Part shown: piece after piece, positions 9,886 to 19,309 of the stretch
How positions within the stretch are numbered: the first letter of the stretch is position 1
Layout: every line of letters starts with the position of its first letter
NCBI GenBank assembly: GCA_047602425.1
Contig: JASGHG010000001.1
Span: 3,584,001 to 3,648,000, forward strand
Direction of reading: 5' to 3'
DNA: 64,000 bases
From: Nibricoccus sp.
Lineage (GTDB): Bacteria > Verrucomicrobiota > Verrucomicrobiia > Opitutales > Opitutaceae
Made by a program: the position numbers and the translations under genes
The notes under the pieces: generated by a model
Databases searched by the model: none
What the model saw: only the letters and a program-made list of their open reading frames with translations
What the model was told of the DNA's origin: nothing

Positions 9886-10854
9886 TCAATCTTTTGAGCT
9901 GCGGACGTCGAGGGCGTCACGCAAACCGTCGCCAAGGAAGTTCAGCGAAAAGAGCGTCAGGGAAAAAATCGCGCCGGGGAAAACCAGTAGCCACCAGTAT
10001 TCCTCCATTTTGTCGGAACCGTCCTTGATCAATTTACCCCAGGAACTCATGGGGTCGTCGACGCCGAGGCCGAGAAAGCTCAGAAAGGCCTCAAGTAACA
10101 TGACGGCGGGAATGGTTAGCGTGGTATAAACAATGACGGGACCGAGAATATTGGGCACCATGTGGCGGAAAATAATCCGGGTGCGGCTGTAACCGAGCGA
10201 GCGGGCGGCCTCGATGAATTCCATTTTCTTCACCGACATAATCTGGGCGCGGACGATGCGCGACATCGTCAACCATTCCACAGCGCCAATTGTGGCGAAG
10301 AGCAGCATGATTTTGCCAACGCCTTGGGCTTGTTTCATGCCGTGCTGACCGAGCCAGGTGTCGAAGGACTGCATCGGATCCTTGAGGAAAACCATCAGAA
10401 GGATAACAAAGATCGTGAAGGGCAGTGCGTACAAAATATCCACGATGCGCATCATGACCATGTCGGTCTTGCCGCCGAAAAATCCCGCAATTGCGCCGTA
10501 GGACACGCCGATCACCAGCGCGACAAAGGAAGCCACCAGTCCGACCATGATTGAAATGCGTCCGCCGTAGAGGACGCGGGCGAGCAGATCGCGTCCCAAT
10601 TGATCCGTGCCGAACCAGTGGGCTGCGCCAGGTGGGGCGTAAGTGTTGTCGAGATTGTTTTCGAAATAGGATTGCGCGAAAAACGGTGCCAGCGCGCAGG
10701 AGAGACCGAGCACGATGAGCAGAGAGCCGCCGAGGAGCGCGAGTTTGTTTTTGCGCAGTCGATGCCAGGCGTCCTGCCAGAGGGAATGGCCATGTTCCAA
10801 CTGCTCGGCCGAGAGCACCGCACTGGGAAGGTTTTTGGGCGAAAGGGCGGGCAT
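9886..10854 (-). CDS. oppC: Oligopeptide ABC permease OppC
   Basis: GTDQLGRD, EFIEAARSLG, NFLGDGLRDALD. Confidence 0.9.
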   Translation of the reverse strand: MPALSPKNLPSAVLSAEQLEHGHSLWQDAWHRLRKNKLALLGGSLLIVLGLSCALAPFFAQSYFENNLDNTYAPPGAAHWFGTDQLGRDLLARVLYGGRISIMVGLVASFVALVIGVSYGAIAGFFGGKTDMVMMRIVDILYALPFTIFVILLMVFLKDPMQSFDTWLGQHGMKQAQGVGKIMLLFATIGAVEWLTMSRIVRAQIMSVKKMEFIEAARSLGYSRTRIIFRHMVPNILGPVIVYTTLTIPAVMLLEAFLSFLGLGVDDPMSSWGKLIKDGSDKMEEYWWLLVFPGAIFSLTLFSLNFLGDGLRDALDVRSSKD

Positions 10855-10857
10855 GGC

Positions 10858-11832
10858 TTATTCGAATTTTAGTTTCGGGTTGAGCCAGACTTGGATCACA
10901 TCGACCACGAGGTTGAGCGTGATGACGAGGATCGCGTAGAGGAGCACGGTGCCGAGCACGAGGTTGTAGTCGCGATTGAAAGCGCTGGTGACGAATTCGC
11001 GTCCGAGGCCGGGAATTTGAAAAATGCTCTCGATCACGAACGAGCCGGTCATGATGCCCGCGATGGCCGGTCCGAGAAAGGCGATGACGGGCAGCAAGCC
11101 GCCGCGCAGGGCGTGTTTGAAAATAACGCGTGTCTCGCTCGCTCCTTTGGCACGGGCGGTGCGAATGTAGTCCTGGCCGAGCACCTCGAGCATACCGCCT
11201 CGGGTGAGCCGGGCAATGTAGGCAGCGTAGACGCAGCCGAGCGTCGCGGCGGGAAGCACGCGGTCGATCGGTTCGTACCAGCCAGAGGCATTGAACCAAC
11301 CGAGTTTTAGCGCAAACAAAAGGATCAGCAAAGGTCCGAGCACGAAAGTCGGCACGCAAATGCCGACCATCGAAACCGACGAACAGAGGTAATCGATCCA
11401 GCTGTTGCGTTTTATCGCAGCTAGAACGCCGAGAGGGAGGCCGAAGATCAACGCGACACCCAGGGAAAGAAGTCCAAGTTCGATGGAAACGGGAAGTTTA
11501 TCGGCGATGATTTCGTTGACGGTGCGGTTGGCGTATTTGAACGACGGTCGGAAATCCATGCCGAACGCCTCCTTCAAATCGAGGCCATTGCGCAGGGCGG
11601 GGAGGTTAAGTTTTTTCGGGCAAATATCCCAAACGTAATCGCGGTACTGTTTCCAGAGCGGATCGTCGAGGTGGTAGTATTTGTTGAGATTGCGCTGAAT
11701 TTCCGGAGGCACGGCTTTTTCCGCGGTGAACGGTCCGCCGGGGACGAACCGAATCATGAAAAACGTCGCCGTGATAATGACGAAGAGGACGGGAATCGTC
11801 TCAAGAAAACGTCGGGCGATGAATCTCAGCAT
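10858..11832 (-). CDS. oppB: Oligopeptide ABC permease OppB
   Basis: PGGPF, DYIRTARAKG, IESIFQIPGLG, NRDY. Confidence 0.9.
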   Translation of the reverse strand: MLRFIARRFLETIPVLFVIITATFFMIRFVPGGPFTAEKAVPPEIQRNLNKYYHLDDPLWKQYRDYVWDICPKKLNLPALRNGLDLKEAFGMDFRPSFKYANRTVNEIIADKLPVSIELGLLSLGVALIFGLPLGVLAAIKRNSWIDYLCSSVSMVGICVPTFVLGPLLILLFALKLGWFNASGWYEPIDRVLPAATLGCVYAAYIARLTRGGMLEVLGQDYIRTARAKGASETRVIFKHALRGGLLPVIAFLGPAIAGIMTGSFVIESIFQIPGLGREFVTSAFNRDYNLVLGTVLLYAILVITLNLVVDVIQVWLNPKLKFE

Positions 11833-11934
11833 GGTGGTTAATCACCGAGCATTTGCGTCGCCCGGCGGTTGGCAATACGGGAAACCGGCCGACAATCCGC
11901 AAAGTGGAGGCGCGGGCTGACCCGTGAAAGGTTT

Positions 11935-12582
11935 CTATTTAGCGTAAGCCAGAGCGGTTTCCTGCTGAATTCGCGAGCGCAGCCAGAGGTTTTGGCCGAG
12001 TCCGACCAAGCTGGATGCCGCCCAGTACAAGCCCAGTCCCGCCGCGAGTTTCCATACGATAAAGCCGGTGATTGCTACCTGAATAAAAATCAGGGTGCTC
12101 TTCGCCGAGGCAGAAGCGGCTGGCATAAAATAGGCCGAGGCTCCTGTGAGCGTAAGGATGGCTAGCGTCAGCCAGCCGTCGGGCGAGGCCAGACTACGTA
12201 TCCAGAGAAAAGGTCCGCCATTTGAAACGGCGTCTTTGATCACACGGTACATGACGCCGAAAATCGGCAACTGCACGAAAGAGCCAAGCATCGCGGGCAA
12301 ATCAAACGGGCTGTAACCGTGTTTTTTATAAACCTTCTGCATTTCGCCAAAAATCCGTTCAGGTTTTTTCTCGAAACGTTTTTTGATTTCCTCGATCTCA
12401 GGTCGCAGGGCGAGGGCGATTTGTTGGTTGCGCAACATCCGCCGTGAGAGACGAAGGGTGAGCGGCAATAATGCGACACGAATGCCCAGTGAAAGAGCCA
12501 GGATGGCCCAGCCAAGATTTCCACCAAACGTTTGTACGAGGTAACTCAGGAGAGCGGTTAGATAAGAATGCATAGGAGGCAT
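11935..12582 (-). CDS. Short YidC/Oxa1-family membrane insertase
   Basis: GWAILAL..IRVALLPL, coiled hairpin, VQLPIF, GLGLYWAAS; no periplasmic domain. Confidence 0.8.
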   Translation of the reverse strand: MPPMHSYLTALLSYLVQTFGGNLGWAILALSLGIRVALLPLTLRLSRRMLRNQQIALALRPEIEEIKKRFEKKPERIFGEMQKVYKKHGYSPFDLPAMLGSFVQLPIFGVMYRVIKDAVSNGGPFLWIRSLASPDGWLTLAILTLTGASAYFMPAASASAKSTLIFIQVAITGFIVWKLAAGLGLYWAASSLVGLGQNLWLRSRIQQETALAYAK

Positions 12583-12657
12583 TGCCTCCAGCAGACGGCG
12601 CGCCGATTGCGCAAAACGCCGCGCTCTAACTCGGAAACAACCACCTGCGACTGGCTT

Positions 12658-14085
12658 TTATTTGCCTGCCATCTCGCGTTCGATCGCTTCGAGCGACTTT
12701 TGTTTTGTCTCTGGCAATGCGCGCAGGATGTAGACCAAGCCGATAACGCAGACGACGGCGTAGAGCCAGAACGTGCCTGCCGCGCCGATGCGATTGTTTA
12801 AAATCGGAAAAGTGTAGGTGAGAATAAAACACGCTGCCCAGAGGGACGTCACGGCAACAGACATCGCGGCCCCTCGAATCCGATTGGGAAAAATTTCCGA
12901 AATCACCACCCAGGTCACGGGTGCGAGCGTCATCGCGTAGCAACCGATGGCCGCGAGAACCAGCAGGAGCAGCGGCAGCCCTTGCACGCCGCCGCGGTAG
13001 CAAAAGCCCATTGTGATATAAATGAGCGCGAGGCCGGCGGCGCCAAGAAGCATGAGCGGGCGACGGCCGAACTTGTCGACAGTACCAATCGCGACGAAGG
13101 TGAAGATCAGGTTGACCGAACCGGTCCAGGCGATGTTTTTCAACACGCTGGAAATGTCATAGCCGGCGGCGCGAAAGATTTCTTCGGCGTAGTTGAAAAT
13201 CACATTGATGCCGCACCATTGCTGAAACACCGCCAGCACGACGCCCAGCACCAATGCGCGGCGCATGTCGGGTCGCAGCAGATCGCCGAACGGTACGCGC
13301 TGGCTTTGGCCGCCTTCTAGGGTCTTTTCGACGTCCTGCAATTCCGCGTCTGCGTAAGCCGAACCGCCGATGGTTTTAAGCACAGAGTGCGCGCGCTCGT
13401 ATTGGCCGCGTTTCGCCAGCCAGCGGGGGCTTTCCGGCACGAAAAACATGCCAACAAAAAATAACGCCGAAGGCACGGCGGTGAGTGCGAACATCCAGCG
13501 CCAGGCGGACTGGCCGTACCACGAGCTGCGGATAAATTCGTCGCCCGAATTGGCCGGGAGGTCGCGCACAAGATACCAGTTCACGAATTGGGCGAGCAGA
13601 ATACCGATGACGATGGTGAGTTGGTTGAGCGAAACAAGTTTCCCGCGCATCGATGCCGGTGCGACCTCGGCAATGTACATCGGCGAGAGACCTGAAGCCA
13701 AACCAATGGCCACGCCACCAAAAATACGCCAGGCTACAAAGACGGTGAAGTTTTGCGCAAAGGCATTGCCGAGCGAAGTGACGGCAAATAGAAACGCCGA
13801 AAGAAGCAGCAGGCGTTTGCGGCCGAATTTGTCGCTGAGCGCACCTGTACCCAACGCCCCAACGAGACATCCGATGAGTGCGCAACTGTTGGCCCAGCCC
13901 GAGGCATTGGCGTCATTGAGTTCGAAAAAACGCTCGAAAAACGGCTTGGCTCCGCCGATCACCACCCAGTCGTAGCCAAAAAGCAGCCCGCCGAGCGCGG
14001 CCACGAACGAAATTGTCCAGATGTACGTGGCGTTGAATTGGGTAGGCGGAGTCGATGACGGGGCAGGGGCGGTTGGGGCGATCAT
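12658..14085 (-). CDS. Sugar porter family MFS transporter
   Basis: GGLLFGYD, DKFGRK, PESPRWL, FQQWCGINVI, PETK. Confidence 0.93.
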   Translation of the reverse strand: MIAPTAPAPSSTPPTQFNATYIWTISFVAALGGLLFGYDWVVIGGAKPFFERFFELNDANASGWANSCALIGCLVGALGTGALSDKFGRKRLLLLSAFLFAVTSLGNAFAQNFTVFVAWRIFGGVAIGLASGLSPMYIAEVAPASMRGKLVSLNQLTIVIGILLAQFVNWYLVRDLPANSGDEFIRSSWYGQSAWRWMFALTAVPSALFFVGMFFVPESPRWLAKRGQYERAHSVLKTIGGSAYADAELQDVEKTLEGGQSQRVPFGDLLRPDMRRALVLGVVLAVFQQWCGINVIFNYAEEIFRAAGYDISSVLKNIAWTGSVNLIFTFVAIGTVDKFGRRPLMLLGAAGLALIYITMGFCYRGGVQGLPLLLLVLAAIGCYAMTLAPVTWVVISEIFPNRIRGAAMSVAVTSLWAACFILTYTFPILNNRIGAAGTFWLYAVVCVIGLVYILRALPETKQKSLEAIEREMAGK

Positions 14086-14233
14086 AGGACTAGAGTTGTC
14101 GGATTGCAGGCGGGCAGCTTCCTGTTTTCGGGGTGTGGCAATTTCTATTGGAAGGCCTGACCGGAGCCAGGTCCTACGAAGCAAGCGATTTGTAGGTTGC
14201 GACCTGGATAGGGCGGTTGAATTTTGGCGGAGT

Positions 14234-17200
14234 TTAGGATTGTGCGAAAAGGTCTGCCGCTTGCGGGTGGTTTGGGTCGCGTGACAAAACGGTACGCAGC
14301 AATTTTTGTGCGGCCTTCGTTTGGCCGAGTCCGTGCAGCGCCTGTGCTTCGAGGAAAAGCGCGGTAGTCGTTTGTCGTTCCTGCAGGTCGTCATCGAAAA
14401 GCAGCATGGTGGGCAGCGACGTGGCGAAATAATCGATCTTGGCCGGAGTCAACGCGAGTTTCTTCGCATAACGTTGAAGGTCTCGGAGGAGCTTTTTTGC
14501 TTTGGCTGCTTGGCGTAGACGAAGCAGCGAAAGCGCCGAGTAGTACGTCATCTCCGAGAACGTACGCACGCTCATCGCTTGAAAATCACCTCTGAAACTC
14601 GCGGCGGCTTTCCATTGTTGGCGGGCTTCGTCGGTTCGGTCGGCGGCGGACAATGCTTCGCCAAGCCAGAAGTAAATGTCGCTTTGGTTCGCGAGCAGGT
14701 GGCGGGCCTCGCCGAGATTGTGCGGTGCTGCGCCGGCGGCGGTAAAATGCTTGATCGCGTCGGCATGGCGACCGGTGCTGAGGGCTTTGCGTCCGAGCGC
14801 GAGGTGGGTGCGCACATGTTGGCCGAGCGCCTGGCCTTCGCCGCCTTCCCACGGCTGGAACTTTCGCGTGGAAACGATTTCAAGCGCACGGGCCGGCTGG
14901 CCAGTCTGATTGTAGATGGCACAAAGTTCGACCGAAAGATCGTCGCGTTGTTGAACAAGGTCGCGATGGCGCTCCAGTTCTTTTAAGCGCCGGGTAGGGG
15001 CGTCGCCGAGTCGTTTCCAAAGTTGATCGCGCTCGAAAAGCAGGCGGGCATCGCTTGGATTGGCGCGGAACGCCTTTTCGTAGGCCAGACGCGCCTTGGC
15101 CGGTTTTTGCAGGATGTTGAAATAGCCAATGCCCAGACAGCGCCAGGCGACGGCATTTTTCGGTTCAAACCGAACTGCTTTCTCCCAACAAACAAGGGCC
15201 TCGTGATGACGTCGGCGGTCGTAGAGAAAATGCCCAAGATAAAACGGCGCCCGCGCATCGCGAGCATCGGCCGCCATGGCATGTTCAAAGACAATCTGCT
15301 CTTCGATCCGCGCCGGAAAACAGTAGTCGGGCGCAGCCTGCCGTGCCACTTTGAGCCAGCGACGGGCTGACAGTTTGTCATTCATTAAATGACAAACCCA
15401 CGCAGCCGTGTAAGCAAGGAGCGGGGCGGTGCCGAGATTTGCGGGATTCTTGGAATCTGCATCGGACAGCCGGCCATGACTGCATAAAGGCGTTCTGCCG
15501 GTGCCGGAAAGTTTGTCATTTAATAGATGACAAACTGTTTGGTCATTTTTGGGGAGGGCGGGTGGCGATTTTTCAGAAGTAATGAGAGAAAGTGCTTCGG
15601 TGAAAAGGCCGGCGCGGATGTGGTCGTGGGCGAGGTCCAGGCGGACCTGATTGTCGCAGGTGAGTGGTTCGTTGGAAAGGTGGCGAGCCCACCAATCGAG
15701 CGGATCGAGAGCGAGGGTTTCGCGAAGTGCGGCGTTGGCTTCGTCACTGCGACCGAGGTGGCGCAGGGCGACGACGCGGAGATTGCGGGCGCGGAGGTTG
15801 TCGGTGTTGAAACGCAGCGAGCGATTCAAGTGGTCAAGCGCCTTGGCCCAATCGCTGCGCGTAGCGTCGATTTCAGCCAAAGCGTGGTAGGCGGCCGAGG
15901 CCCAGGCTTGATTCCATGTGGCTTTGTAGAAAGCGGAGTAAGCGTCGTGAAGTTTTTCGAGGGCGGACTGTGCGGTAGGATTTTTTTCGCTGAGCGCGAG
16001 ATAACGAAGCGTCAGTCCGAGTTGATAGAGGGCCTCGCCGTCGGCGGGGTTGGGATTGCGCGAGATGAGGCGGGCAATCGCGGAGCAGAAATGGATTTCG
16101 GCGTGGGCAAACTCGCCGCGTTGCAGATGCCATTTTCCCATCGCGGTGTGGCAGCGGCTATCGCCTGGATCGCGTCGCAAGGCTTCAAGCCAGTAGAGCG
16201 TGGGACAGCGCGTGGCGTGACGGTATTGCGCGAGATGAAGACCGGTGATGTAGAGTTCGTCCGCACCAATGATGTTGGCTGGCAAAGGTGGTTCGGTCGC
16301 GGCGATCTTGGCGATTTCTTCTTTTGCCGCGGGGGTGATTTTGCGCGGGGTGTAAGTAATAATCTCACGGCCTGTCGCGTCCTGTGCCACGAGCGTGAGT
16401 TCGGTCGCCGCGATCGATTTTGGCAACGGCACCTCGGTGACAAAAGGTGAATTGGGTTTCAGGTCATGCGTAAAACTAGCGAGGACGCGATCTCGACGAC
16501 GCAGTGCGATGGTGGCATGCGGAAAAGGTCGCGAGGGGCATACACCGAGGCGGGCATTGCGACCTTTGATCTCGAACGAGAGCGCGGCATCGACGTTGGC
16601 TTGCTGGGCTGGACCTATGAGTTGGATTGGGTACCAATATTGGCTCCAACTCTTGGTTTCGCCGGGCTGAAGGAAGGAGAAATCCGGCTGATTGTCCGTG
16701 TAAACGCCAGCCATAATTTCGATGTACGGATGACAAATTCCCGCGGCATCTGGATCGGTGAGATTGCGGTCCCATGCGTAGCCGAACTCATCGTTACCCC
16801 ACGTCCATTGTTTTTTGCCGGGCGAAATGTGATGGTTGGCGATATGCACGACGCCCGCCTGCGCCGCGTGATCGTAACCGCCGAAGAAATCATCTTGCGA
16901 GCCCATCGCCATGTACGACGTCGGGACAGGAATATTGGCGTACCACGAGAGATCGGCGGGGTTGTAGGAAGGATGTTTTTGCGAGTTAGCAACTGGTTGG
17001 CTGCCATTAGTAGAATTTGCTGCGGCGTGTGGAGGTATAAACTGGTTTGGAACTTCCATGGCGGGAATGCCGTGCTTTCCGCGCATACCATAGTTGACGC
17101 CGTAGTAGGTTTCCTCGCAGAGCGGAAAGCGGCTCATGGCGCGCTTGGCATGATCGGCGACAAAGGTCACGTCGGTCGGGAAAAAAGACTGATACTGCTC

Positions 17201-17794
17201 ATGCACCCGCGTGGCTACATTGGCCCACCAGAGAAAAGTCTGTGGATGTGGCGTCCGGTTATAGGCGCGGGCTTTCAGTTCGATCGCGGCGGAGTCGGGC
17301 CGCACGCAAACGCCGTGCATGCCTTTCATGCGCGCCATCGGATCGTGTTCGCTCAACCACACCGTGACCGAACCATCCGGGTGTTTTTCGATCTGCACGT
17401 CGGCTAGCATGAAAGTCGAAGGCCGATGATGTTGCGGCCAGTTGAATTCCACGCCGCCGCTGATCCAAGGCCCGGCGAGTCCGACCAGTGCGGGCTTGAT
17501 CACATCCTGGCGGTAGAAAAAATCGTAGTTGTTGGTTTTATCGCGACCGACATGGATGCGTCCCCCGAGTTCGGGCAGAATCATCACGTAGATAAATTCG
17601 TTTTCGAGAATGACAGCGTCCCAGGCGCGCGGCTTCGGTTTTTCCTCGATGCGATCGGTGAACGGCAGCGGGTAAACTCGTCCACTGCTTCCTTGATAAA
17701 CGCGTTTCTCGAGAAACATCGGGTTGCGGTCCGGCGCAGCGGGCGCGTAAGTGGGCAAAGTTACGGATTCACGGGAAGCGCGCACGGAGGACAT
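14234..17794 (-). CDS. DUF5107 + TPR protein (YphG-like)
   Basis: LENEFI..ILPELGGRI, GPWISGGVEFNWPQHHRP, GVYTDNQPDF, then long TPR-like helical repeats. Confidence 0.85.
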   Translation of the reverse strand: MSSVRASRESVTLPTYAPAAPDRNPMFLEKRVYQGSSGRVYPLPFTDRIEEKPKPRAWDAVILENEFIYVMILPELGGRIHVGRDKTNNYDFFYRQDVIKPALVGLAGPWISGGVEFNWPQHHRPSTFMLADVQIEKHPDGSVTVWLSEHDPMARMKGMHGVCVRPDSAAIELKARAYNRTPHPQTFLWWANVATRVHEQYQSFFPTDVTFVADHAKRAMSRFPLCEETYYGVNYGMRGKHGIPAMEVPNQFIPPHAAANSTNGSQPVANSQKHPSYNPADLSWYANIPVPTSYMAMGSQDDFFGGYDHAAQAGVVHIANHHISPGKKQWTWGNDEFGYAWDRNLTDPDAAGICHPYIEIMAGVYTDNQPDFSFLQPGETKSWSQYWYPIQLIGPAQQANVDAALSFEIKGRNARLGVCPSRPFPHATIALRRRDRVLASFTHDLKPNSPFVTEVPLPKSIAATELTLVAQDATGREIITYTPRKITPAAKEEIAKIAATEPPLPANIIGADELYITGLHLAQYRHATRCPTLYWLEALRRDPGDSRCHTAMGKWHLQRGEFAHAEIHFCSAIARLISRNPNPADGEALYQLGLTLRYLALSEKNPTAQSALEKLHDAYSAFYKATWNQAWASAAYHALAEIDATRSDWAKALDHLNRSLRFNTDNLRARNLRVVALRHLGRSDEANAALRETLALDPLDWWARHLSNEPLTCDNQVRLDLAHDHIRAGLFTEALSLITSEKSPPALPKNDQTVCHLLNDKLSGTGRTPLCSHGRLSDADSKNPANLGTAPLLAYTAAWVCHLMNDKLSARRWLKVARQAAPDYCFPARIEEQIVFEHAMAADARDARAPFYLGHFLYDRRRHHEALVCWEKAVRFEPKNAVAWRCLGIGYFNILQKPAKARLAYEKAFRANPSDARLLFERDQLWKRLGDAPTRRLKELERHRDLVQQRDDLSVELCAIYNQTGQPARALEIVSTRKFQPWEGGEGQALGQHVRTHLALGRKALSTGRHADAIKHFTAAGAAPHNLGEARHLLANQSDIYFWLGEALSAADRTDEARQQWKAAASFRGDFQAMSVRTFSEMTYYSALSLLRLRQAAKAKKLLRDLQRYAKKLALTPAKIDYFATSLPTMLLFDDDLQERQTTTALFLEAQALHGLGQTKAAQKLLRTVLSRDPNHPQAADLFAQS
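15373..15536. repeat. Two GTTTGTCAT-N7-ATGACAAAC palindromes inside the DUF5107 CDS
   Basis: 15373-15397 and 15510-15536; translated as VCHLMNDKL and VCHLLNDKL. Confidence 0.85.
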
Positions 17795-17892
17795 GGCGGA
17801 GCAACAAGAAGTTTTGCGGAACGGGGAATGGAGAACCTCGACGATATTACGCCATCCCAATGCATTTACCAATGGACGATAGCTTGAAATAA

Positions 17893-18807
17893 ATGGAGGA
17901 TCTTACGAAAATTGCCATGCCATCAACCATTCGTCGTCGAGAAGGTTTTCCCGGTCAGCACCACGTGGTGCTGCCTCCGTCGGTGGTGCAACGCGCCCTG
18001 CGCAGTCCATTGCTTCGTGGCCTGGCCGTGACCGATGCGGGCGCCTATCCCCATGCGGCCGGGCACTACGTGGAACGTGCCAAGGGCGCAGCGGGCACAG
18101 TGCTTTTGGTTTGTACGGCTGGTTCGGGTTGGGTGCGTTGGAAGGGACGCGAGCAGCGCGTGCAAGCGGGCGGAGTGGTGTTGCTTCCGCCGGGAGAAAC
18201 GCACGCTTACGGAGCGGATGAGGGTGATCCCTGGACGCTTGAGTGGGCGCACTTTGCCGGCGAAGAAGCGGATCATTGGCGTGCTGCGGTGCTAGGTCGG
18301 AACCCGGATTCGGCCTGTCTGGAACTGCCGCCGCGCATTGTACCGGCGCTGGGAGTAGCGCGGGTTTACGAACGCCTTGAGATTGGTTATAGCGAACCGC
18401 AACTTCTGGCGGCTGCGGCGGCCTTGCGATGGAGCCTGGCGGAACTCGTGCGAGTGCGTCACATGCCGGTCAACGCGCCAACAGTCGTCGATGCCGTGGA
18501 AGCGACGGCTGCGTGGATGCGCGAGCATTTTGACCAACGTATCACATTGGAGCAGCTGGCGGTGCGGGCACGCTTGTCGGTGTCGCATTTCTCGGCAACG
18601 TTTCGCCAGCGCTTTGGTTATGCGCCGATCGATTGGCTGATCCGCCAACGTATTCAACGGGCGTGTCAGTTGCTCGACACGACCGGCGAAAAAGTCGAAG
18701 CGATTGGCCAGGCGGTGGGCTTTGCCGATCCGTATTATTTTTCTCGAATGTTCCGCCGAGTGATGGGCGTTCCGCCGCGGAGATATCGAGGGATGGTGAA
18801 AGGGTGA
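17893..18807 (+). CDS. AraC-family transcriptional regulator
   Basis: N-term cupin (HYVER, HAYGAD..PW); C-term HTH ending GFADPYYFSRMFRR; start may be 17917. Confidence 0.92.
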   Translation: MEDLTKIAMPSTIRRREGFPGQHHVVLPPSVVQRALRSPLLRGLAVTDAGAYPHAAGHYVERAKGAAGTVLLVCTAGSGWVRWKGREQRVQAGGVVLLPPGETHAYGADEGDPWTLEWAHFAGEEADHWRAAVLGRNPDSACLELPPRIVPALGVARVYERLEIGYSEPQLLAAAAALRWSLAELVRVRHMPVNAPTVVDAVEATAAWMREHFDQRITLEQLAVRARLSVSHFSATFRQRFGYAPIDWLIRQRIQRACQLLDTTGEKVEAIGQAVGFADPYYFSRMFRRVMGVPPRRYRGMVKG

Positions 18808-18811
18808 GGGG

Positions 18812-19288
18812 CTAGGTTCTTTTGGTGACCTTCTCAAACAATGCGCCCAACGAGAGTTTCCCATCTGGGAGCGTCACCTCGTAGCCATATTCCTTTTTTA
18901 AGGCGCGGACCAATGCCACATCTTCCATGCTATCGGCGTCACCGGGCTGATAGTTGCGATTGTAGTAGTCCATGACTCCATCGTCGGGTCCGATTTTATG
19001 AATGATATCTTTTCCGATTCCGAACGCATGCGAATAGAGGCGGAGATATCGTTTGATTTTGTCCTTTCTTTCCTTCCCGTAGCGCGAAAGCCAGAGCCGG
19101 TAGAATACCTGACGATTTTGATAATACGTTTTCAATGCCTTCATCCGCCGAATTAAGTCTATTTCGACCGCAATGAATGCTGGTGCCAGTGTGATCGCGA
19201 CGGCTATTGGCACAGGGAAATCCAGGAACAACGCACCAAATAGAAGTGCGATCATCAAAGCGGCGAGAGCGAGTGTTTGTTTGCTCAT
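18812..19288 (-). CDS. Membrane-anchored hypothetical protein with ACP-like C-terminus
   Basis: Hydrophobic N-terminus; DADSMEDVALVRALKKEYG motif; lower GC than flanks. Confidence 0.6.
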   Translation of the reverse strand: MSKQTLALAALMIALLFGALFLDFPVPIAVAITLAPAFIAVEIDLIRRMKALKTYYQNRQVFYRLWLSRYGKERKDKIKRYLRLYSHAFGIGKDIIHKIGPDDGVMDYYNRNYQPGDADSMEDVALVRALKKEYGYEVTLPDGKLSLGALFEKVTKRT

Positions 19289-19309
19289 GCTTTGATTGAG
19301 GTTAGGTCA

